A program made the position numbers and the translations under genes. Source: Octopus sinensis (lineage: Eukaryota). From it: 64,000 nucleotides of DNA. A model generated the notes under the pieces. The model had not been told where the DNA came from and ran no database searches. It was given only the letters and a program-made list of their open reading frames with translations. Below, piece after piece: positions 24,690 to 36,256 of the stretch. How positions within the stretch are numbered: position 1 is the first letter of the stretch; every line of letters starts with the position of its first letter. Where the stretch lies: the NCBI RefSeq assembly GCF_006345805.1, contig NC_042997.1, positions 184,698,001 to 184,762,000 on the forward strand, given 5' to 3'.

Positions 24690-25745
24690 TTCAGGCTCCT
24701 TCATTGGAATTTCGACATCAATAACAGAGTATGTATGTATGTATGTATGTATGTATGTATGTATGTATGTATGTATGTATGTATGCATGCATGCATGTAT
24801 GCGTGCAGATTTGTATGTTTTGCTTTCTGTATGTATTCTCATGCATATCTAGACATGCTCATATATATTTAAATGATAAACTTCTGGTAAGTTTTACAGA
24901 TTTTTACAGTTCCGGTGATATATTAGATCTGTAGTATTCGAATCAGCTTTCTCCTTTCTGGCTTCGAGAAGCCTAATTTCTCAAGATTGGTATTTAGGCA
25001 GTGTGTTACATATCCTAGGGCCCCAATAATTACAGGTATAAACCTGAGCTTGTAATCTGGATAGAATAACTACAGATTTCTCAATAGTTCAGCGTAGGTA
25101 TCCTCTTTTTCACTGATCTTCAGCTTTATGTTAATATCCGCTGGGCAGCTAATTTCCACAACTGTGTACATTTTCTCTTCTCTATCCCAAATCATTATAT
25201 TAGGTCTGTTGTGCATACATTTTATTGAGGTCTTCACCGGAACATCCCACCAGTACTGCTTTTTATTATGAGTAGCTATGGCTTCTACCATACTGTGGGT
25301 TTTTATTTCTTTGTCCTCGGGGTTATCTTTCCGACAGATTTCCTTATAGATTATCCTAGCTACAGCATTATGTTTCATCGGTAGATAATACCGTGAAGAC
25401 ATTTTTGGACAACTGCTTATGATGTTGGTAATACCTTCGGTATTAACTGCAGAGAGTCTGCATCTGTTGTTACATTTTACTGCTTTTCCTGCATCTCTGT
25501 CCCGTTTGTGTATCAGGTACTTGGTTGATATTTCCTATTCATGGATTGCAAACGCAAACCCTTCAAAGTGGGGGGGTAGTAATCCGGCTATTAGTCTATG
25601 ATAAACTGCTTTAATGATCATGTTACTATCCACGGAACTTTCTACTAAGATATCCATGCATAGTCTTCTACTCATATAGGCTCATCCTTTCATCTGGTGA
25701 TACGTTGCGGTTGAATCGTGCGACTTCTTTGGGCATGTATTCTAG
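24690..25745 (-). mobile_element. 5'-truncated RLE-type (R4/Dong-like) non-LTR retrotransposon: Cys/His knuckle, restriction-like endonuclease and 3' UTR with (CATA)n
   Basis: ..CNNRCRL..ITNIISSCPKMSSRYYLPMKHNAVA..YWWDVPV..HNRPNIMIWD..VVEISCP..KISEKEDTYAELLRNL..PVIIGALG. Stop codon at about 24869. Confidence 0.88.
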
Positions 25746-26026
25746 GTTATCAGACAAAAAATGGGATCTTTACTTTTTGACAGACAGATTTCAAAAATAT
25801 TTTTTTGTAACTACACACTTTCAAACTTCGGACACTGGTAGAATGTGTCATATAAAACATCTTTTACTCTTAGCGTTTTTGAGAAAAGCTTAAATATTAT
25901 TTCACGTTCAAGTTGTCCTATTTCTGTAATTTCAACCAATCAATGACTGAATAAAATTACTGCCGTTGTTTTTCAACAAGGAATTCCTGCGGTGTATATT
26001 TCATTTGTCACTGTTATTTATGACAA

Positions 26027-26090
26027 ACCTAACCCTACAACTCTAAAACACTAACCCTAACCCTAAAACCCTAACCCGAAAATCCTAACC
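26027..26090 (+). repeat. Degenerate (TAACCC)n telomere-like tract
   Basis: CCTAACCCTA..CTAACCCTAACCCTAAAACCCTAACCC..CCTAACC. Confidence 0.7.
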
Positions 26091-26520
26091 ATCACTCAAA
26101 AGAACTCAACTCCACATGGAGTCAAGAGCAGCTGTATTCCAATGAATGGATTCTGCAATATTAGAAAGAAGTGCGAAAATATGTGCGTGTGTGTGTGTTG
26201 TTTATCTTGTTGTTTTAGTTTTTTAGCCCCAGGTCAAATCTGATCGACCAGATTTATCAAACGCATTCTACTCAAGACGATGTTTTGCCAAAATGTCAAT
26301 GATATGAGTAATGATAATTGGAAAGTCGGAATTATATTCGGTTAACTTACACTCGGAGTATTTGAAAGGAGTATGCAAATATTGTTTAGAAAAAGAACAA
26401 CAGCATCTAGACAGAATGGGCTTAAATTTACGTTTTACTCTGTGTTTAGAGATGTAAATCTACTTCCCTTTCCCCCCAGGACGGATTACAACTCATATAT
26501 CACATATTTATACTGCGTAC

Positions 26521-26750
26521 TCTTTTTACTCTTACTCTTCTACTCTTTTAATTGTTTCAGTCATTTGACTGTGGCCATGCTGGAGCACCGCGTTTAGTCG
26601 AGCAAATCGACCCCAGGACTTATTCTTTGGAAGCCTAGTACTTCTTCTATCGATCTCTTTTGACGAACCTCTAAGTTACGGGGACGTAAACACACCAGCA
26701 TCGGTTGTCATGGGGGGAGAAACACAAACACACAAACATATACACACACG
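26521..26750 (-). mobile_element. SINE S2, 3' half (5' half at 32298-32461, separated by the PLE)
   Basis: The two halves are collinear with intact S2 copies and break at the internal TA tract. Confidence 0.88.
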
Positions 26751-26757
26751 TAATGTA

Positions 26758-26797
<40 letters not shown>

Positions 26798-26799
<2 letters not shown>

Positions 26800-27863
26800 C
26801 GGGAAGCTTTATGAAAATAGACAAAAGACGAAGGCAGGTGGGAAACAAACAAACAATTGTATTAGTATGGCGCTCAGGAAATATAAATAAAAACAATCTT
26901 AACGTTTCGAGCCTACGCTCTTCAACAGAAAGATACACAGAAAAGAAACACGGAAAGAAACAAGGAGAGAAAAAAAATGCGTGCAGAAGCTAGCGAATCA
27001 ACAATGGCGATCTGATTTCGGCCAGAGGTCAAAGATCAAACATGAGACGCGAGAGCGAAATAAGGGGAGATAATAGGGTTGATAATAGGGTGAATGACCA
27101 GCTATTAGTGCGTAGGAGAGGTCTGGACGTGTGTATGTATAGGGTTGGGTATGTATTAGTATGTATAAGGAGGTGTGTGTGTGTGTGTGTGTATGAGAGA
27201 GTATTAGTGCGTATGATAGGTCTGGACGTGCGTATGTATGGGGTTGGTGTATGTATTAGTATGTCTTAGTCCGTATTAGTATGTATAAGTGTTGTGTGTG
27301 GTGTGGGTATGAGAGAGTATAAGTGCGTAGGAGAGGTCTGGACGTGTGTATGTATAGGGTTGGTGTATGTCTTAGTATGTATTAGTATGTATTAGTACGT
27401 ATTAGTATGTATTAGTTGGTGTATGTATTAGTATGGCACATCATAATGATGTGATGTGTAAAGTCGTGTGGTGTGTTATGTAGTGTGGAGAGAGAAGAGA
27501 GAAGAGGGGGGAGGGGGAGAAGAGTGGGGGAAGAGGAGGGGGAGGGGGCGGAGGAGGGGGAGATAGAGGAGGGGAGGAAGGAAGGGGAGGAGGAGGGGAG
27601 GAAGGAGGAGGGGGAAAGGGGAGAGGGGGGAGAAGAAGGGGAGTGAGGAGAAGAAGGAAGGAAGAGGGAAGGAGGGAAGGAGAAAGAGGGAAGAAGGGAA
27701 GGGGAGTAGTAGGGTGGGTGAAAGGATGAAGGACTGAAGAAGTAGGGGTCGGGGGGGAGAAGGATAGGTGAGGAGGGGGGAGAGGGGGGTTATTAGGAGG
27801 AGGGGGGGAGAGTGGGGGGAGAGTTGAGACCAAATGGCGTATCAGAGCGAAGAGAGAAGATTA
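26798..27863 (-). repeat. 3' pseudo-LTR of the PLE (HHR, ~100 bp CA-rich subrepeats, purine/G-rich tract, ORF end)
   Basis: Direct repeat of 31354-32258; differences are mostly indels in low-complexity parts. Confidence 0.92.
26895..26934 (-). ncRNA. Variant minimal hammerhead, family A (3' pLTR)
   Basis: TCTTT-CTGTTGA-A-GAGC[GTAG]GCTC-GAAA-CGTT^AAGAT. Confidence 0.75.
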
Positions 27864-30710
27864 ATTCCTGTTCACGGCGCAAACGGAATCCGGATGGCCT
27901 CTGTGTAAGGACAAACCGAATACAGATAGGTGTTGCAAGGAGTGACCGGTGGAGCGGAAATGGCGTGAGACCGGTTGTGTCGTCCGCAAGGTGGATGTCA
28001 CGAAGGTGTTCCGCGAACCGGTCAGCCAAGCGGCGTCGTCCGTTTGTCCGATGTAAAGGAATGGCAGAGAGAGCAAGAGACGCAATAGATAATATTGCTG
28101 GAGGTGCAGGTGAAGGAGGGGATGATGGGATAGGGTCGATGGTGGGTGCTAGTGAGGAGGGTGGTGTTGGAGAGGTAAGGGCAAGTGCGGCAACGTGGGG
28201 CGGGAGCAGGGAACGAGCCGGTTGGGAGGTAGGGTCAGGGAAGGAGCTATGGACCAAAAGGTCTCGAAGGTTGTGGGCTCGTTTGAAAGAGGGGAGGGGT
28301 CGGTTAGGGAGAGAGGGTGTGAAGTGGACGGGTCGGACTGGAGATGACGGAAAGCTCGAAGAATGGGTGCGTTGGAGACGTAGGGTCGTGGGGTTGGTAA
28401 GTGAGGGGAAAGGGAGGCGGGAGACTACAGGGCGGGTTCGGGGAGAGAAGATACACGGTCCACGGACCGTGCTCTGCAAGGGGCGGTGTGGATAGTGGTG
28501 AGGGGGTATCCACGTAGGGTGAAGTGGGGAGCCATACGTTGAGACTGAGTCTCAAGTCATGGTCGTCACTACAGAGCCTACGTAGACGGAGGAATTGGGA
28601 ATAGGGGATGGAAAGCTTGGTGTGTTCTGGGTGGGAGGAAGAGAAGTTGAGGTATGAGTGTGAGTCTGTGTGTTTGTAGTGAATGGAGGTGGTAAGAGTG
28701 GAGTGAAGAATGCTAACCGAAATTTCGAGGAAGGAGACAGAGGTGTTGGAGATAGTGGAAGTGAAATGGAGGGCTGGATGGAAAGATTGGACGAAAGAGA
28801 GGAAGGAATCTAGATGTTCACGGGAGAGTGAGGTGGAGGTGGCACCGATATGTCGTCAATGTAACGACCATATAGTTCAGGAGTGGGACCAGTGAAATTA
28901 GAGAATATTTGGGCCTCAACATAGCCAACGAACAGGTTCGCATAGTTGGGGCCCATTCGCGTTCCCATGGCCACTCCCGAGACCTGATGGTAGAACTCGC
29001 CCGCGAACGAGAAGCAGTTAAGAGTAAGGACAAGTTCGGCCAGACGAATGAGTGTGGAGGTGTCAGGTACAGGGTTAGAGCGGAGGTCAAGAGAAGTGTC
29101 GAAGGGCCTGCAGTCCTTCGTGATGAGGGATAACAGTATAGAGGCTTTGGATGTCCATAGTAAAAAGGATTGGGGAGGAGCCGGGAGGAAAGGAGAAAGA
29201 GTTGAAAATCCGGAGAGCATGGTTGGTATCGTGGATGGGGAGGAAGAGATGCCACTAGGGGGGCAAGGGACACGGTCGAGGTATTTAGAGATGAGCTCCG
29301 TGGGGCAGTTACAGGCGGAGACGATGGGGCGGCCAGGGTTGTTGGGTTTGTGGATTTGGGGAGGAAGTAACTGGTGGGGGTACGTGGGGTTCGCACAATT
29401 AGGTTGGATGCGGTGGGGGAGGAGACGGGAGGACGAGATGAGGTCTTGGACAGTAGAGGATACCGTCTGTTGGTAGCTACGTGTGGGGTTAGAGGGCAGA
29501 GGGGAATAGAAGGAGGTGTCATTGAGTTGGCGGAAAGCCTCGGCTCTATAGAGGTCCGCGCGCCACACCACTACAGCTCCACCCTTGTCAGCCGGTTTGA
29601 TGATAATGTCAGCGCGCCGTTGGAGGGAACGAAGAGCCAAGAGCTCAGCCGGGGAGATGTTGAGGCGGCGTTGGCGCCTGGAGAAGTTGAACCGCTCCAA
29701 TGCACGCTGACAAGCGCGCCGCGAAAAGATCCACTGCTAGGATCTGGCCAGGGGCAGGCGTCCACGGGGATGGTCGGCGGCCCAGGCCAGTGAAGCAGTC
29801 CTCTTCGTTGGGTGTGGGTGGCGAGTCGTGGTAATGCGCACCCAACCGGACACGGCGCACAAAGCTGTGGACATCAACTCGCGTCTGGAATTCCTTACAG
29901 GATGGAGTGAGGGGGATGAAAACGCAGACCCCTACCAAGGACGGAGCGTTCAGCCGCAGAGAGGGGAAGATCGGGGGGAATGGTAACAACAGACGGAAGT
30001 GGAGAAGGGGTGGGTGGAATAGAAGTAGGAGGGGTGGTAGGTCTCGTGGAGGTCTGAGGGGGGGGATTGGGGAGGTGTTGTGGGGGGTGGTTGGGGGGGC
30101 AGTAGGGTTAGGTGTAGGTGGATGGAGCCTATCGGGAGGGGAGAAGGGGTTGTAGGGAGGGGCAGTGTGGGTTAGGTGTGGGTGGATGGAGCCTATCGGG
30201 AGGGGAGAAGGGTGGTGGAGGAGTTGGGTAGTGGCGTCGGGGTAGGGGTGGAATGGAAGAGTGATTGGAGTTACGAAGTTTGGTATCAGAAAGAAATTGA
30301 TGGAAGAGTTGATTCAAATGGATAATGAAGCGTAGCGTGTTTGGAGCATAGAGAGGCGGCAGAGAGGAGAAGGTGGAGAAAGCAGGAGGAAGAAGGCGGT
30401 TGATGGTATGTAGTTTAGAGAGATTGGAGCGAATGGTGGCCCGCATAAGGCGGTAAGATGTGGTGCGGAGTATGGGTAAGATGGAAGAATCCGAGTGGAG
30501 AGCAGGGTGGAAGTGGAGGCGGAAACCTTTAGGGATGAGTCGGTGATGTAGGCAGCGGCTTAGGAAAGAGACATGGCTAGAGAAGCGGGTTTTTTTAAAA
30601 AGAAGTAGAGAGAGATTAATGGACGGCTGAAGGCAATATACAGGAGTTGAACGGAGATGATCCTTCAAACGATGATGGAGGGTGAGGAGGTAGGACCTAG
30701 GATCCGGCAT
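27800..30710 (-). CDS. PLE polyprotein (N-terminal domain, reverse transcriptase, GIY-YIG endonuclease), frameshifted
   Basis: ATG at 30710 (MPDPRSY..HVSFLSRCLHHRLIPKGFRL). RT motifs IIIKPADKGGAVV, PKIHKPNNPGRPIVS, GVAMGTRMGPNYANLF, RYIDD (~28852-28866). Endonuclease FTCTSSNIIYCVSCSLC..LYIGQT..LADRFAEHLRDI..REQELIF. The homology switches frame several times. Confidence 0.92.
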
Positions 30711-31353
30711 GATGGGATAGCGGAAAAAAAACAAACGTTCGAAAAACCAAAAAAAAAAAAAAAAAACAAAAAAAAAATTATCGTATGAAAAAAATAGATA
30801 AAAAGGATAGCGAAAAAAAAAGGGGGAAAAACAAACGTTCAAAAAAACAAAAAAAATAATAATCGTATTGAAAAAACTAGATAAGTAAGCGATAGGGGCA
30901 GAAAGAAAGACGGGGGCAAACGGAAAAGGGAAAGAAAGAAGGGAAGCAGAGAGAGGGGGGGGGGCAAAAAAGGGGGTGCAGGCAGAGGAAACAGAGTATG
31001 GACATCCAGAGAGGGAAGAAAGACGGAAAGGAGAACAAAAATGCAGGAAACTGTGGAAAGCATGAAATGAATGTAAAAAAGTGGTAATATGAGAGAAAAT
31101 AAAAATACAACAAACGGGACAGTTTATGCGAACAAGTTCAAGGTTGAAAGTCAAGGTGAGAAATGTGTAGACGTCGTGGTATATTTTTTAAGGATTTCAC
31201 ATCAATGCAAAGTCACTTTGATCCGCGAAAGAGAGGTGCAGCCAATGGTAAGTATCCAGAGGTGGTAAAGAAAATCCAAGGTAGAGGTAAGTGTTGATAG
31301 TGGTATTGGTAGAATATAGGATGAAAGTGAGACCATGTGAGCGCATAATATAT

Positions 31354-32258
31354 AACGGGAAGTATGAAAATAGACAAAAGACGAAGGCAGGTGGGAAACA
31401 AACAAACAATTGTATTAGTATGGCGCTCAGGAAATATAAATAAAACAAGTCTTTAACGTTTCGAGCCTACGCTCTTCAACAGAAAGATACACAGAAAAGA
31501 AACACGGAAAGAAACAAGGAGAGAAAAAAAATGCGTGCAGAAGCTAGCGAATCAACATGGCGATCTGATTTCGGCCAGAGGTCAAAGATCAAACATGAGA
31601 CGCGAGAGCGAAATAAGGGGAGATAATAGGGTTGATAATAGGGTTGAATAACCAGCTATTAGTGCGTAGGAGAGGTCTGGACGTGTGTATGTATAGGGTT
31701 GTGTATGTATTAGTATGTATTAGTATGTATAAGGGGGTGTGTGGTGTGTGTGTGGTGTATGAGAGAGTATTAGTGCGTATGATAGGTCTGGACGTGCGTA
31801 TGTATGGGGTTGGTGTGTGTATGTATAGTATGTATTAGTATGTATTAGTACGTATTAGTATGTATAAGTGTGGTGTGTGTGTGTATGAGAGAGTATAAGT
31901 GCGTAGGAGAGGTCTGGACGTGGTATGTATAGGGTTGGTGTATGTATTAGTATTAGAGGAGAGGAGGGGGGAGGAGGGGGGGAGGGAGGAGGGGGAGAAG
32001 GAAGGGGAGGAGGAGGGGAGGAAGCAGGCAATAGGGAGAGGGGGAGAGAGAAGGGGAGGAGGGAGCAGAGGGAAGGGGAAGAGGGAAGGAGGAGGGAGAA
32101 GAAAGAGGGAAAAGAGGGAAGGGGAGTAGGGTGAAAGGATGAGGACTGAAGAAGTAGGGGTCGGGGGGGAGGATAGGTGAGGAGGGGGGAGAGGGGGTTA
32201 GATGAGGAGGGGGGGAGAGTTGAGACCAAATGGCGTATAAGAGCGAGAGAGAAGATTA
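31354..32258 (-). repeat. 5' pseudo-LTR of the PLE
   Basis: Direct repeat of 26798-27863; begins with the last codons of the ORF. Confidence 0.92.
31450..31487 (-). ncRNA. Variant minimal hammerhead, family A (5' pLTR)
   Basis: TCTTT-CTGTTGA-A-GAGC[GTAG]GCTC-GAAA-CGTT^AAAGA. Perfect 5 bp stem I and AACGTT palindrome. Confidence 0.78.
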
Positions 32259-32297
32259 TATTTTATGCATATATATATATATGTGTATATATATATA

Positions 32298-32461
32298 ACG
32301 GGCTTCTTTCAGTTTCCGTCAACCAAATCCACTCACAAGGCTTTGGTCGGCCCGATGCTATAGTAGAAGACACTTGCCCAAGGTGTCACTCTGTGGGACT
32401 GAACCCGGAACCATGTGGTTGGTAAGCAAGCTACTTACCACACAGCCACTCCTACGCCTAT
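32298..32461 (-). mobile_element. SINE S2, 5' half
   Basis: Head TAGGCGTAGGAGTGGCTGTGTGG, continuing to GAAAGAAGCCCG. Confidence 0.9.
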
Positions 32462-32514
32462 TGGCTCCCCGGCGGGGAATCGAACCCCGGTCTCCCTCTT
32501 GACAGGCGGGGATA
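32462..32514 (-). pseudogene. tRNA-Asp-GTC: 5'-truncated tRNA-Asp(GTC) retro-copy with templated CCA
   Basis: TATCCCCGCCTGTCAAGAGGGAGACCGGGGTTCGATTCCCCGCCGGGGAG-CCA matches the 3' two-thirds of eukaryotic tRNA-Asp. Anticodon GTC at 32501-32503. The 5' acceptor strand and most of the D arm are missing. Confidence 0.9.
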
Positions 32515-33677
32515 TTTCATTTTATGTAATTTTACAAAGCATATAGCTTATACACTGAATTGATAATATATATTTAGTACCAGCTCAATAATATGCTAAG
32601 GAATATACATTTACTCAATACAAACGTAAATATGAAAGTGAATGCTAATGTCTCTGAAAGCATGACTAGTGTTTCATTTGTTGAACTCCGATAACATTAC
32701 GTTAGCAAATAGAAATAATTCGATTGATGAATCATTGATTAGAAATGTTTTACGAATCTACTATCGAAAACTGCTTTTGAATTTAAAGACAGCGTAACTC
32801 TCATTAATTACTATTAGGTTTCAGTGCCATCAAACTATCAAGCTTATATTCATCATAGTCATTGTTCAGTCTGTAACACTGTGCCCCACCTCGTAAGAAC
32901 AGAATATTATTTATGTTGAATTTCATAACAAACGGACAAATGTGTTAGTAATACAGCTGGGGATTATGAAATTTAATAAGCCATTAGAGAGAGGCTGAAA
33001 ATCAGCAACATATCGAAGGAATATGCTTTAACAAATCATAAACCGAACTATGTAATCAACTTGACGGGGCATAGCAGCGTGCTAAAATAATACGATATAT
33101 TTATTAAGTAAATTTTGAGTGTGTATAAAACTCTTTCTGGAACACTGAAAGTTGTCAGTTTTCAAAATGCCATTCATTTTGTTTTTGTTAAATTGCTTAG
33201 AGAAACAAACTCTAGACGACTCCTGGGTATTTCAACCGATTCTATATGTTCCCTCTTTCACATGAGATCATATATATTCTCGATATTTCTCTGGAGAAAA
33301 CCAGCGAAAACGATTTACAGGGTATCTTCCATGATTCACTGTAGCCCCAGCCTGTTATATTGGTAAAAGTTGAATGTATTAACTATTTACTTCTGCTAAT
33401 TTTGCTTAGTCTTTTCTTCTTTTGTTGCATAAATATAACGATATAACATACAAAATGGAGAATGGAAAGCAATAAAACCTTATTTTCAGAGCGATTACGT
33501 TAGTTTATTACTTCATGTGAGATCTTTTCTTTTGTTGAATGCCGTTTCCCTATAATGCAATAACGCACAAGGTTCTGACCAAGCCAATATATCTTTTCAT
33601 TCTGAAGTGACGTTCCATTGGAATATGTACGCTTTGCCAACCAAGATGACAAATATATGATGACGCAAGCATTTCAT

Positions 33678-33740
<63 letters not shown>

Positions 33741-34493
33741 ATTCATAGCAGGAATTGACTAAAGAATACAAAACTGAGATCGTTTATTTCAACATTATGT
33801 GCTGCTACGTTTGTTTTAGTTATGAATATTTATTTTCAGATGTCTATTAAACATTGGTATGGTTAACCAGCGGTACTGTTTGGGTTAGCTGTTACAACAA
33901 ATCATTGTTGGTTTGGTTATTGTAACTTAAGCATATAACAGCAGAACTATATACACAGATGTGTATCACACGCCAAGTTTGTTCGCAAGATCAGACTGAT
34001 TTATAGACAATAGTAGCGGAAAATGAAATCTTATACAAATATTCAAATAAGAACTTATAAGACATATTTCTTTCAACGCTTAATGCTCCGACGAAGTGCT
34101 ACTCTTGAGAATTTATAGAGCAATTATATACATACAATTTGTAGCTTCCCGGATATTACAAAAGAACTAACCTCATATTATTCAAACCTAAAAGTATGCT
34201 ATTCGCTGCTTAAATATCAGAAGAGAATTAAATAAATCAGACGAGAGAGAGAGATATTAAAATATATTTGAAATAATTTAATTCTAAAAACACAGATAAT
34301 TATTAATATATCGAATAGGAAATAATGAAAAAATAATATATAAGTGAGAGCCACATTTCATATTCAAAGGACGCTATGAGTATTTCTGATAGTCATATTT
34401 CCTTTAAGAAATTTGCATGTATTATTTAATATGAAATATAAATAATAATAATAATAATAATAATAACAACAAAATATAATAAATAAATAATCA

Positions 34494-34904
34494 TAGGCGC
34501 AGGAGTGGTTGTGTGGTAAGTAGCTTGCCAAACAACCACATGGTTCCGGGTTCAGTCCCACTGCGTGGCATCTTGGGCAAGTGTCTTCTGCTTATAGCCC
34601 CGAGCCGACCAATGCCTTGTGAGTGGATTTGGTAGACGGAAACTGAAAGAAGCCTGTCGTATATATGTATATATATATATGTGCGTGTATGTGTTTGTGT
34701 GTCTGTGTTTGTCCACCTAGCATTACTTGACAACTGATGCTGGTGTGTTTATGTCCCCGTCACTTAGCGGTTCGGCCAAAGAGAACGATAGAATAAGTAC
34801 TGGGCTTACAAAGAATAAGTCCCGGGGTCAATTTGCTCGACTAAAGGCGGTGCTCCAGCATGGCCGCAGTCAAATGACTGAAACAAGTAAAAGAGTAAAA
34901 GAGT
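34494..34904 (+). mobile_element. SINE S2, full length
   Basis: Collinear with other S2 copies. Confidence 0.92.
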
Positions 34905-36210
34905 ATAACCGGAATTGATTTCATGCATTTTACTTTGCTTTCAATTCATCGTCAGCTAAACGCTTTCTAAATTTGTCACAGAATATATAATCGTCGATTA
35001 ATCGTAGTATATGATTGTGACTTATTTTGTTATCAAACAAAAATGAATGCCGAAGTTGGCTCCAACGATAGCTTAATTCAGAAAGTAGAAGGATGATACT
35101 AAATGCTGTGAAGAATCATATTCTATATTTCCAGCATTTCTGTCTGTAAGACATATTCTATAATTCTTACCTTCACGAAAGCACATATTTGTGTAGAAGA
35201 AATATGGGCAGTTAAACTGATCGATTTAGACTAATAACTCCTTACTACTTATTTAATCGAAAACGGAGAATTAAATGCGGCAGGATTTGAGATTAGAACC
35301 CAGTTGCAAGAGACTGAACATACACAGAGTTTTATAAATTTAGCATTAATTTTCATTTGTTTATTCATTCATAACGCACTACAAAAATAACAAAGATAAG
35401 GATAAGCTCCAGATGAATATTTTTTAAGCAGCCATCATTTCTTATGAAATGAGATGTATTAATCGGTCATTCGTATATAATATATTCTGAAATCATTAAA
35501 ATACCAGTTAAAATTTTTAAAAGTACTTTTTATTAGTATTTGCAAAGCTGGAAGTTAGATACGAAGTAACCATTAGGCGAAGGACACAGTCACCCTACAA
35601 TCGCTAGAATGTTGATCAATACTTCTTACACGATTAATTAATTTCTTTTTACGTTGTATACTCAGATCCCTCCAACGTAGACGTTCCTTTTCATCATTCT
35701 GAGGTTGATGCAATAAGAAGCCATGAAATAGTGGTACAATTTCATTTAGGTGTTTAATTGTAGCTGTATTTAAAATCTAAATTTAATGAAACAATTGCTT
35801 ACTATTAGACTTTGCAGACAAACTTTTCTGTCTCCTTCATGATCTCTGTTCACCTTCTTTTAAATTGCGTCATTAGCCATTAAAAAGATTATTCCCTGTT
35901 TGTGAACGAAATCACTCAAACTGGTAAACACATACAGATATGCGCAAACACAAAAGGGCCCATACGTCCGAGCACTAAATATATAGACATATCTATACAT
36001 TTCATGTGCAAATATAAAATATACTCTCAAAAACACCTGCCAAGGCTCACATATATACACATGGTTTGATATAGGTATACATGTATGTTTCTGTGTCTAT
36101 ATTTTTGTGTAATTATTTGTGCATGTGTGTGTGCATATGTTTATATATGTATGTTATTGATACATCAGCAAATAGAGACTGACAATATGATTCAGTATCT
36201 GTAGAAACTC

Positions 36211-36256
36211 GCTTATTGCCTGACGATCACTTTGACGTGAAACTCGAGTTATGAGA
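36211..36256 (+). ncRNA. Possible decayed hammerhead motif
   Basis: CTGACGA-T-CAC[TTTGAC]GTG-AAA-CTCGAGTT with perfect palindrome AACTCGAGTT. One G is missing before AAA and stem I is out of register. Confidence 0.35.

Larger units (their letters stand above)
26798..32258 (-). mobile_element. Near-full-length Penelope-like retroelement with direct pseudo-LTRs
   Basis: PLE ORF from about 30710 to about 27800, flanked by direct repeats 26798-27863 and 31354-32258. Each repeat contains the ORF's extreme C-terminus and a hammerhead, the standard PLE pLTR layout. Confidence 0.95.

Noticed and set aside
27812-30155. Several 70-230 aa plus-strand Gly/Arg/Glu-rich ORFs
   Set aside because: They are antisense shadows of the PLE ORF in purine-rich sequence.
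30711-31154. Phe-rich N-terminal extension of the 341 aa ORF
   Set aside because: It is a translation of the pyrimidine/poly-T leader. PLE homology starts at the ATG at 30710.
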